Shown piece after piece: positions 7,388 to 15,131 of a DNA stretch of 15,131 bases. Below the pieces are notes generated by a model, which ran no database searches, was not told where the DNA came from, and worked only from the letters and a program-made list of their open reading frames with translations. Location of the stretch: contig PKZK01000135.1 of assembly GCA_003133025.1 (NCBI GenBank), positions 15,391 to 30,521 of the forward strand, given 5' to 3'. How positions within the stretch are numbered: the stretch's first letter is position 1; each line of letters opens with the position of its first letter. The position numbers were made by a program, and so were the translations under genes. The DNA comes from Vulcanimicrobiota bacterium (GTDB lineage Bacteria > Vulcanimicrobiota > Vulcanimicrobiia > Vulcanimicrobiales > Vulcanimicrobiaceae).

Positions 7388-9088
7388 CTAGAACGCGAGC
7401 GCCGAGCCGGTCGCATTACGCGGATCGTGCGCGGCGCTCAGCGTGCCGTCGGGTGCGACGCCGACGGCGTTGGCGATCGAGCCGCCGCCGCGTAACGGTT
7501 TGATGCTGTAGCCCATCGCGGCAAGTCCCGCCGTAACGGAGCCGGCGAACGCGCCCTGCTCGGCGTACACGACGTCGGGCAGGCATTGCATGTGCACGCG
7601 CGGCTGGGCCACTGCTTCGGCGACGCTTTGCTGAAACTCGACGACGCCGCGCACGATGTCGAGCACCGCAGTGATGATGCGCGGGCCGCCCGCAGCACCC
7701 GCGACCAACTCGACGCGCCCCGACGCATCCACGACGATCGTGGGCGACATCGACGAGAGCGGCCGTTTCTGCGGCGCGATCGCGTTGGCCGCACCCTGGA
7801 CCAAGCCGAACATGTTGGGTGCGCCGGGCTTGCTCGTGAAGTCGTCCATCTCGTCGTTGAGCAGCACGCCCGTGCCTGCGGCGGTAAAGCCACTGCCGAA
7901 GCTATTGTTGAGGGTGTAAGTCACGTCGACGGCATTGCCCGCGGCGTCGATCACGCTGTAATTCGTCGTGTTGTGGCCTTCGTGCGACTCGATGGCGGGT
8001 AGCATCGTTGAGGGCGTGGCGCGATCGGGCTCGATCGAGGCGCGCTCTCGGGCGAGATACGCGGGTGCGAGCAAACGCGCCACGGGAGAGGCGACGAAGT
8101 CGGGATCGCCGAGCGCGCTGTTACGGTCGGCGAAGGCGCGGCGTTCCGCTTCGAGTTCGAGGTGCGCGCCCGCGAGACTGCGCAACGCGGCTCCCGAGGG
8201 CGCGCCGAGGATGCCCAGCGTCTCGCAGAGCGTAACGCCGCCCGAACTCGGCGGCGGCGCCGAGACGATGGTCGCGCCCGCATACGTGCAGGTCACGGGG
8301 GCGCGCTCGACCGCACGATAGGCGGCCAGGTCGGCGAGGCTGATGATGCCGCCGGCGGCCTCCACCGAAGCGACGAGCGCTCTTGCCACATCGCCCTTGT
8401 AAAATCCGTCGGCGCCGCGTTCGGAGATGGCGCGCAACGTGCGGGCCAAGTCGGGTTGGGCAAAGCGCTCGCCCGCGTGCGGCGCTTTGCCGTCGCGCAG
8501 ATAGATCGACGCGCTCGATGGAAAGCGCGCGAGCAGACCCGCGCCGCCGTCGATTTCGCGAACGTCGGCGGCGTCGAGCACGAAGCCGTCGGCGTAGGCA
8601 ATGGCGGGCGCGAGCAACGCGGCACGCGAGCGCGTCGCAAAACGTTCGCGCGCGTATTCCAGGCCGGCGACCGTGCCGGGAACGCCGGCCGAGAGCGCGC
8701 CGACGGTGCTGCGCTCGGGGTCGGCGTTGCCCTTCGCATCGAGGTACATGTCGGCGGTAGCGGCGGCGGGCGCCTCTTCGCGGAAGTCGATGAAGTGTGT
8801 GGTGCCGTCGGCCAAGCGAACGAGCATGAAGCCGCCGCCGCCGAGATTGCCGGCTGCCGGATACGTCGCGGCCAGCGCATAGCCGATCGCGATTGCGGCA
8901 TCGACGGCGTTGCCGCCGTCTTGCAGCACGCGCTCGCCGGTCAGCGTCGCGAGATGCTGATCCGTAGCGACGGCTCCGGCATTGCCCCGCGCGGTGTTGG
9001 GATGATCGGCTCCGAGCAACGCGCACGCGAGCACCACCGCGGACGCACTGCGCGCGCGCGCGTCACCAGCTAAACGAACCGAGCGCAT
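7388..9088 (-). CDS. ggt: Gamma-glutamyltransferase (Ntn hydrolase), probably exported
   Basis: GGNAVDAAIA, GNLGGGGF, IDFRE, GVPGTVAG, PPPSSGG, autocleavage site N|TTNYSVID, LLNDEMDDF, KRPLSSMSPT and GGPRII. ATG 9088 gives a basic/hydrophobic N-terminus. The ORF-track start at 9382 lies deep inside the upstream gene. Confidence 0.95.
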   Translation of the reverse strand: MRSVRLAGDARARSASAVVLACALLGADHPNTARGNAGAVATDQHLATLTGERVLQDGGNAVDAAIAIGYALAATYPAAGNLGGGGFMLVRLADGTTHFIDFREEAPAAATADMYLDAKGNADPERSTVGALSAGVPGTVAGLEYARERFATRSRAALLAPAIAYADGFVLDAADVREIDGGAGLLARFPSSASIYLRDGKAPHAGERFAQPDLARTLRAISERGADGFYKGDVARALVASVEAAGGIISLADLAAYRAVERAPVTCTYAGATIVSAPPPSSGGVTLCETLGILGAPSGAALRSLAGAHLELEAERRAFADRNSALGDPDFVASPVARLLAPAYLARERASIEPDRATPSTMLPAIESHEGHNTTNYSVIDAAGNAVDVTYTLNNSFGSGFTAAGTGVLLNDEMDDFTSKPGAPNMFGLVQGAANAIAPQKRPLSSMSPTIVVDASGRVELVAGAAGGPRIITAVLDIVRGVVEFQQSVAEAVAQPRVHMQCLPDVVYAEQGAFAGSVTAGLAAMGYSIKPLRGGGSIANAVGVAPDGTLSAAHDPRNATGSALAF

Positions 9089-10520
9089 CCCACTGTCCCT
9101 CCAGCGTGCCGAACCAATCGAAGAACGTTTCGCCGATCGCGCCGCTGCGCTTGCTCTCGCCGAGCGAGCCCAACAGCTCGGCGCTCTCGGGCGCACCGCA
9201 CGAGCCCACCGGCGCGGTCTGGCCACCGACGTTGATCGCGATCGTGCGTCCGGCCTCGCGACGCAGCGCGGCCACCGAGGCGCGCACCACCGCTGCGCCC
9301 GCTTCGTCGCCGCGACCTTTGCGGAACATGCGCCAGTACGCCATCGGCTGCAGCGCGTCGGAGTAGCGCGCCACCGCCGCATAGGGAAACTCGCGATCCG
9401 TAAGCCCGGTCAGGTACGGATCTTCGACGGTGCTGACGATCAGCGCATTCGGACCCAGCGCTTCGCGCACGAGCCGCGGATATGCCGCGAGCGCCGTGCG
9501 CGCTACCGCGCCGTCGCCCAGGTATTCGCCGCCCCGTTCGAGGTCGATGGCCAGCCCCGCGACGGGCGTGCCGCGCGGCGTGCGATACGTCGCGGCTTCG
9601 GTCGTGCGCAGCAGGTCGAAAGAGGTGGCCGCGCGCGGCACGGTCCAAGCGATCACGCCGATGTTCGCATCGGCCGCCGCGTCGATGAGTGCGTCGACGG
9701 AGGGTTTGGCCGCGGGCGTCACTTCCGAAAACTCGCCGTAGGCCATGCGCAGTTCTATGTAACGAATGCCCGCGCGCTTGGCGCGGGCGACGATCGCCGA
9801 GGCATCGAGGTGCGCGAACGAATCGCTGTCGGCGGCGTCGGGTGAATAGCGCAGCCACATACCCTTGCCGCGAATTGCGTCGAGCGGTTGGCGCGCAACG
9901 TCGGCGGGAACGGCGACGTCGACCGTCGTCGCCGCGGTCGCTCCACGCTCGATGCTGTATCGATACGACGCGCCGGGACGCACGTGCGCATCGCGGCAGG
10001 TCGACGCGGGCGGCGCCGTCGTGCAGACGGTGCGCGTCGCGCCTTCACCGGTGCGCACCACGCTGACCGGTTGCGTCGCCGCGGGGAACCAGCCGATCTG
10101 CACCAAGTGCGGACCGAGCGGTCGGGCCACCACCCGCGCGACGCTCCAGGTGCGCGTATCGGTCTCGGCACGCGCGTCGGGCAAACCCATCTGTGCCGAT
10201 GCAATCGCGCGCACCGAGAGCGGACCGTCTTGCGTGGTCGTCACGATCGCGGCCGGGCCGCCGAAGCGCGAACGCGTTTGCCACTGCGTCTCGCCGTGCG
10301 ACGCGGCAAACTCGATGTCGCCGGCCTGCACGAGTTTGGTCGGCTTGCCCTCGGCATCGGCAAAGCGCACGCGCACGATCCAGCGTGCCCGGCCGTCGGG
10401 ATCCACGCCGCCCGGCAACGTCTCCAAGCGCATCGAGCGCGCGGGCGCGGCACTCCACACGATCGGTATCGGCGCGAGCGCAGGCCCGGCAGGCGGACAG
10501 GGCACGATCAACCCGAGCAA
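9063..10520 (-). CDS. Hypothetical protein with Ig/FN3-like N-terminal region and glycoside-hydrolase-like barrel C-terminus
   Basis: Fills the gap between GH20 and ggt on the same strand. FN3-like segment (VQIGW...DAHVRPGASYRYSI) and barrel-like pattern GKGMWL...AGIRYIELR...VIAW...LAIDLE...QPMAYW...FFDW. The TTG start is uncertain. Confidence 0.7.
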   Translation of the reverse strand: MLGLIVPCPPAGPALAPIPIVWSAAPARSMRLETLPGGVDPDGRARWIVRVRFADAEGKPTKLVQAGDIEFAASHGETQWQTRSRFGGPAAIVTTTQDGPLSVRAIASAQMGLPDARAETDTRTWSVARVVARPLGPHLVQIGWFPAATQPVSVVRTGEGATRTVCTTAPPASTCRDAHVRPGASYRYSIERGATAATTVDVAVPADVARQPLDAIRGKGMWLRYSPDAADSDSFAHLDASAIVARAKRAGIRYIELRMAYGEFSEVTPAAKPSVDALIDAAADANIGVIAWTVPRAATSFDLLRTTEAATYRTPRGTPVAGLAIDLERGGEYLGDGAVARTALAAYPRLVREALGPNALIVSTVEDPYLTGLTDREFPYAAVARYSDALQPMAYWRMFRKGRGDEAGAAVVRASVAALRREAGRTIAINVGGQTAPVGSCGAPESAELLGSLGESKRSGAIGETFFDWFGTLEGQWDALGSFSW

Positions 10521-10533
10521 GCTCCGTTTCTCT

Positions 10534-12417
10534 TCAGCGAACGACGAGCGTCAGAAATGAGGGAGCCGACGCACGATACCCTTTCAGCGAGGCGATCGCG
10601 CCGATGCGGACGCCGCCGCGCAGACGAAGTTGCAAGGGGTGCGCGTAGAGCGGCGACGATACCGTCGGCACGCTCCCGTCGAGGGTGTAGCGCACCGCTG
10701 CGTTCGGCACGAAGGGCTCGAGCACGACGGTCGCATTCGCCGTGCGCGCGGGCAACACCACGCGATACACGTTGGGCCGCACTTCGAAAGGCGTTGCAGC
10801 CGGCGAGTTTAGGCGATAGCCGACCTCGGGGATGCGAAAGGTGATGCCCGCGCTTTCGAGATGCTGCAACGCCAGGCCGGCACGCTGCTCGAAGCTCGGC
10901 CAATGCATGCGCGAGCGCGGCGTCCAGGTGAGTTCGGCGAGCGCGAGCGCGCGCGGATAAGCCATGTACCAGAGATGTTCGGGCGTCGCGATGTATTCGG
11001 CCCACACGTTGCCTTGCGCGCCGAGCACGCGATGCCGGGCACCGAGCGGAATGCCCTCCAACGGATCGTACGCGTAGACCGCGCGCAGCGTGGTGAAGCC
11101 GCCGATGGCGCGCGGCTCTCCTTCGGGCGGTCCTTGGTACGCGTCGAAATAGAGCGGCGGACCTGGACTCATCACCACCTCGTGACCGTGCGCGATCGCC
11201 GTCGCGCCCGCGCCCGCGCCGGTCCAGGCCATCACGACCGCCGTCTTCGAGGCGCCGGCCTTATCGATTTCGTCCCACCCCACGATACGCCGCCCGTGGC
11301 GATTGGCGATGCGCTCGATGCGCCGCGTGAAGTAGCCCTGTACTTGCGCGTAGTCGGTCAGATGCGCGCGGCGCATCAGAGCCTGCACGTCGCTCGATTT
11401 GCGCCAGGCGATGTAGTCCACTTCGTCGCCGCCGACGTGCACGAACGGCCCCGGAAAGAGCTTCGCCAGTTCGCGAAAGACGCCGTCGTAAAAGGCGAAG
11501 GTCTTCGGCGTCGGGCACATCGCGTCGTCGGCAGAACCCGCGCAGGCCAGATAGTCGTACGCCCTCAGCGCCCCGGCCGAATGACCGGGGCCTTCGATCT
11601 CGGGTACGATCTGCACGTGGCGCGCTGTTGCGTACGCCACCACTTCACGAACGTCGCGCGCCGAGTAGTGCGCGCACGGCTTCAGCGCCGTCCCGTCGCG
11701 ACAACCGCCGACGGACACCAACAACGGATACCCGGGAATCTCGATGCGCCACGATTGGTCGTCGGTCAAGTGCCAGTGAAACGTATTGAGCTTGAAGCGC
11801 GCCGCGGTGTCGATGTACTGCTCGACGACCGGGACCGGAAAGAAGTGACGGCTGACGTCGAGATGCAGTCCGCGCCAAGCGAACTCGGGCCAATCGACGA
11901 TCTGTACCGCCGGCACGACGCGCGCGCCGCGGGGCGCGGTCGTGACTAATTGCGCGAACGTCAGCGCGCCGTAGTAGAGTCCCGCACCGCTATTTGCCGC
12001 GATGGTCGCGCCGGAGTCATCGACGTCGAGGCGGTAGCCCTCGTTGCCGATTTTGCGCACGTGCGGATGCAGCGCGAACGCGATCGTCGTCGGCGCATCG
12101 CCGGGCGGATCGACCGAGACGCTCGCACCCTGGTGCCGCAAGTCCGCGGCGAGCGACAGCGCAGCCCGATGCGCGTCGGGCGCATCGGAGCGAATCACGA
12201 CCGGAGAGGGCAGCGACAGCGCGCCCGGCAGGCGACGAACGGAACGCGGCCAGGGCAATATGGAAAGCCGCGCCGCGTCGACAGGCGCGCGCGCGGTGAC
12301 GTCGCCGTCTGCGCGAGACGGCGCGACGGGGCCGAGCGCGCGCAGCGTCAGGATCGCGGCAAGAACGACAAGAAACACTGTTCGCAAGGCGAGATTGAGT
12401 TCGGTTCTCCGTCTCAC
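10534..12417 (-). CDS. Beta-N-acetylhexosaminidase, GH20, with C-terminal chitobiase/FN3-associated domain
   Basis: GH20b region (EGYRLDV...GLYYG), WRGLHLDVSRHFF, HWHLTDDQSWR, PEIEGPGH, catalytic HVGGDE (11422-11439), GWDE, LYFD, GNVWAEYI and YPRALALAE; C-terminal VRYTLDGSVP. Hydrophobic N-terminal signal. Start uncertain (GTG 12417 or GTG 12468). Confidence 0.95.
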   Translation of the reverse strand: MRRRTELNLALRTVFLVVLAAILTLRALGPVAPSRADGDVTARAPVDAARLSILPWPRSVRRLPGALSLPSPVVIRSDAPDAHRAALSLAADLRHQGASVSVDPPGDAPTTIAFALHPHVRKIGNEGYRLDVDDSGATIAANSGAGLYYGALTFAQLVTTAPRGARVVPAVQIVDWPEFAWRGLHLDVSRHFFPVPVVEQYIDTAARFKLNTFHWHLTDDQSWRIEIPGYPLLVSVGGCRDGTALKPCAHYSARDVREVVAYATARHVQIVPEIEGPGHSAGALRAYDYLACAGSADDAMCPTPKTFAFYDGVFRELAKLFPGPFVHVGGDEVDYIAWRKSSDVQALMRRAHLTDYAQVQGYFTRRIERIANRHGRRIVGWDEIDKAGASKTAVVMAWTGAGAGATAIAHGHEVVMSPGPPLYFDAYQGPPEGEPRAIGGFTTLRAVYAYDPLEGIPLGARHRVLGAQGNVWAEYIATPEHLWYMAYPRALALAELTWTPRSRMHWPSFEQRAGLALQHLESAGITFRIPEVGYRLNSPAATPFEVRPNVYRVVLPARTANATVVLEPFVPNAAVRYTLDGSVPTVSSPLYAHPLQLRLRGGVRIGAIASLKGYRASAPSFLTLVVR

Positions 12418-12615
12418 GTCGCCCTGGGCGGCGACGGAACCAATCCAAGCCGGCGTGCGTTGATACACCCGCCATGAAGAAGAAGGTCGCGCTTCCGTCC
12501 GTCGAGGCGGCCCGCCGGATCGGTCCGGAGGCCTGGCTTGCCGTGCGCGCCCGGCCCGGCGCTTCTTAATCTCGGTCCCGAGGAAGCGTTCGGCCGCGTT
12601 CCGTAACCGGAACGC

Positions 12616-13359
12616 ATGAGACTTCGCGCGTCACGGATCGCCTCCGCGCTTGCATTGTGCTTCTTCGCTCCGCTCGCGGCTTCGGCCCAGAGCGTCGACG
12701 ACTTGGTGGCCAAACACGTGGCCGCGCGCGGGGGCCTCACGGCACTGCGCGCGATCAACACGGTGACCGCGACGGGCAGAATGCGCGTTCCCGGCTTGGA
12801 CGCGGTGCTCGCCTACAAGCAGTACTCCGCGCGGCCGGATAACGCGCGCATCGAGGTAACGCTGCAAGGCCTTACCGCGGTGCAGGCCTTCGACGGCGCG
12901 ACGGGTTGGCAGATCCAACCCTTCCAAGGCCGCAAGGATCCCGAGAAGATCGGCGCCGACGACGCGAAGTCGATCGAAGAGAGCGCCGACTTCGAGGATG
13001 CGCTGGTCGATTACAAAGCCAAGGGCAACGCGGTCGACTTCATCGGCACCGAAGACGTCGACGGCGCGCCGGCGCTCGTACTGCGCGCCAAACTGAAGAA
13101 CGGCGACGAGCAGCTCTATTACCTCGATCCCGACGCGATGCTGACGATTCGCATCGTGACCAAACAATTCGTACGCGGCGCGGAATCGCAGAGCGTCACC
13201 GACCTCGGCGATTACGAGAAGGTCGCGGGGGTGTGGTTTCCGTTCGAGTTGTCCTCGGGACCCAAGGGCTCGTCGGCGCGAACGCTGATCACCTTCGACT
13301 CCGTCGTGGTCAACGGCCCGGTGGCGGCCTCACTCTTCGCCTTCCCGCAAGGAAAGTAG
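12616..13359 (+). CDS. Secreted protein, probable LolA-like (lipoprotein-sorting-type) fold
   Basis: Sec signal ending ASA|Q; AQSVDDLVAKHVAARGG, AFDGATGW, DYEKVAGVWFPF and a terminal ASLFAFP resembling LolA-like families. The fold call is from recall only. Confidence 0.65.
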   Translation: MRLRASRIASALALCFFAPLAASAQSVDDLVAKHVAARGGLTALRAINTVTATGRMRVPGLDAVLAYKQYSARPDNARIEVTLQGLTAVQAFDGATGWQIQPFQGRKDPEKIGADDAKSIEESADFEDALVDYKAKGNAVDFIGTEDVDGAPALVLRAKLKNGDEQLYYLDPDAMLTIRIVTKQFVRGAESQSVTDLGDYEKVAGVWFPFELSSGPKGSSARTLITFDSVVVNGPVAASLFAFPQGK

Positions 13360-13361
13360 CC

Positions 13362-15131
13362 ATGTCGCGCACGCGCTCGCTCACCACGTCGCTCGCCCTC
13401 GCCGCCGTGCTGCTCGCCTGCGGCGCGGCCGCCGCCGACGAACCGCGCTACGATTCCGGCACGATCTCCGGCCTCGGCGCGCGCAACATCGGCCCGGCCG
13501 TGGTCTCGGGCCGCATCGCTGCGATCGTCGGCCGTCACGAAGCCTCGGGCAAGACGACGCTGCTCGTCGGTGCGGCTTCGGGTGGCGTGTGGAAATCGAC
13601 CGACGGCGGCACGACCTTCCGGCCCATCTTCGATAAGGAGCCGGTGCAGTCGATCGGGGCGCTGGCCTTCGATCCCAATCACCCCGACACGTATTGGGCC
13701 GGCACGGGCGAATCGTGGACGCGCAACTCGGTCTCCGTCGGCGACGGCATCTACAAGACGACCGACGGCGGCGATTCGTGGACCGATGCCGGTTTGCCGA
13801 ATAGCGAGCGCATCGCGAAGATCATCGTCGACCCGCGCAATTCCAACGTCGTCTACGCCTGCGCGACGGGACGGCTGTGGAGCGACTCGCCCGATCGCGG
13901 CGTGTACAAGACCACCGACGGCGGCTCGACCTGGACGCTGATCCTCAAGGGTCCGAATCTCTCGACGGGCTGTTCGTCGCTCGCACTCGATGCGGCCAAT
14001 CCCGATCGGCTCTTCGCCGGCCTGTGGGATTTCCGGCGCAAGGGCTGGACGTTCCGCTCCGGCGGGGACAGCGCGACGGCGCCCTCGGGTAGCGGCCTTT
14101 ATACGACGAGCGACGCGGGCGCAACCTGGACGAAGCTCGACGCGACGAACGCGAGCGGCTTGCCGGCCGGACCCTACGGCCGCATCGCAGTCGCGATCGC
14201 GCCGTCGGATTCCAAGATCGTCTACGCCTTCATCGAGAGCCCGCGCAGCGCGCTGTTCCGTTCGGATGACGGCGGCAAGACCTGGTCGGAGCGCGACCGC
14301 AGCACGCTGATGGTCTGGCGTCCGTTCTACTTCGCCAACATCATCGTCGACCCGAAGAATCCCAACCGGCTCTTCAAACCCGACCTCGGTCTCATCACGA
14401 GCGACGACGGCGGCAAGAGTTTCTCGAGCGCGAGCGGCGGCACGCACGGCGACCATCACGACGTCTGGATCGATCCGAGCGATACGCAGCACGTGGTGAC
14501 CGGCGACGACGGCGGCCTATGGATCAGTTACGACGGCGCGAATACCTGGGTCAAGGGCGACAACTTGCCGATCGGCCAGTTCTACCACGTCGCCGTCGAC
14601 GCGAAGGACCCGTACCAAGTCTACGGCGGCCTGCAAGACAACACCAACTGGGTGGGCGACAGCGCCTATCCGGGCGGCGTCAGCTACAGCCGCTGGGAGA
14701 GCGTGCTCGGCGGAGACGGCTTCTTCGCCTTTCCCGACCCTGCCGATCCGGAAAATTACATGTATGCCGAAACGCAGGGCGGCTCGGTGGCGCGCATCAA
14801 CCGGCACACGCTCGAGTCGCGCGACATCCAGCCCAAATCCGACACGACCGAGAAGCTGCGCTTCAATTGGAACACGCCGCTGACCACGAGCCCGCACGAG
14901 AAGGGCACGATCTACATCGGCAGCCAGTATCTGTTCCGCTCGCGCGACCACGGCCAAACCTGGCAGCGCATCTCGCCCGATCTCACGACCAACGACCCGC
15001 AGAAGCAATTACAAGAAGAGTCGGGCGGCATCACCATCGACAACTCTGCGGCCGAAACGCACACCACGATCTTTACGATCAGCGAATCGCCCGTGGCGAC
15101 GGGCGAGATTTGGGCCGGCACCGACGACGGC
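13362..15131 (+). CDS. Asp-box/BNR repeat (VPS10/sortilin-like) beta-propeller protein, 3'-truncated by window edge
   Basis: Not in the ORF track because it has no stop in the window. ATG 13362 gives MSRTRSLTTSLALAAVLLACGAAAADEPRYDSGTISGLGARNIGPAVVSGRI.... There are eight Asp-boxes (STDGGTTF, TTDGGDSW, TTDGGSTW, TSDAGATW, SDDGGKTW, SDDGGKSF, SYDGANTW, SRDHGQTW), plus YGGLQDN and WAGTDDG. Confidence 0.92.
   Translation, partial: MSRTRSLTTSLALAAVLLACGAAAADEPRYDSGTISGLGARNIGPAVVSGRIAAIVGRHEASGKTTLLVGAASGGVWKSTDGGTTFRPIFDKEPVQSIGALAFDPNHPDTYWAGTGESWTRNSVSVGDGIYKTTDGGDSWTDAGLPNSERIAKIIVDPRNSNVVYACATGRLWSDSPDRGVYKTTDGGSTWTLILKGPNLSTGCSSLALDAANPDRLFAGLWDFRRKGWTFRSGGDSATAPSGSGLYTTSDAGATWTKLDATNASGLPAGPYGRIAVAIAPSDSKIVYAFIESPRSALFRSDDGGKTWSERDRSTLMVWRPFYFANIIVDPKNPNRLFKPDLGLITSDDGGKSFSSASGGTHGDHHDVWIDPSDTQHVVTGDDGGLWISYDGANTWVKGDNLPIGQFYHVAVDAKDPYQVYGGLQDNTNWVGDSAYPGGVSYSRWESVLGGDGFFAFPDPADPENYMYAETQGGSVARINRHTLESRDIQPKSDTTEKLRFNWNTPLTTSPHEKGTIYIGSQYLFRSRDHGQTWQRISPDLTTNDPQKQLQEESGGITIDNSAAETHTTIFTISESPVATGEIWAGTDDG

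Noticed and set aside
9089..9382. N-terminal extension of the GGT ORF
   Set aside because: Lies inside the upstream gene; the signal-like sequence starts at 9088.
1488..12477. Other long antisense or alternate-frame ORFs (e.g. 1488-2432, 3625-4692, 4940-6028, 5842-6798, 8162-9073, 9888-10844, 10861-11949)
   Set aside because: Each overlaps a better-supported gene and shows no recognisable motif.
13590..14965. Recurring GACGGCGGC-type nucleotide repeats (CRISPR or tandem repeat?)
   Set aside because: Degenerate, irregularly spaced and in frame; they encode Asp-box motifs.
13212..15121. Minus-strand ORFs of 426, 163 and 69 aa
   Set aside because: Antisense shadows of the real + strand Asp-box gene starting at 13362.

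Overview
GC-rich bacterial chromosomal window, densely coding, with 13 protein-coding genes and no RNA genes, mobile elements or CRISPR arrays that I can support. It has five modules. (1) An Lrp/AsnC regulator, cut off at the left edge, is coupled to kdd (3,5-diaminohexanoate dehydrogenase) and kamA (lysine 2,3-aminomutase); this is part of the lysine fermentation route, with kamDE, kce and kal absent from the window. (2) A VOC/glyoxalase gene and an FMN-binding split-barrel gene sit behind an ECF-like promoter. (3) A GntR(HutC) regulator precedes an orphan Tat-type TRAP solute-binding protein and a cytoplasmic FGly sulfatase. (4) A minus-strand operon encodes a GH20 hexosaminidase, an uncharacterised Ig/FN3 plus glycoside-hydrolase-like protein, and a gamma-glutamyltransferase. 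(5) A divergent pair encodes a LolA-like protein and an Asp-box/VPS10 beta-propeller protein; the latter runs off the right edge and is missing from the ORF track. The best leads are the incomplete beta-lysine module, the GH20-unknown hydrolase-GGT operon and the structured leader before the LolA-like gene. None is proven novel from sequence alone, and all family calls come from motif recognition, not database searches.
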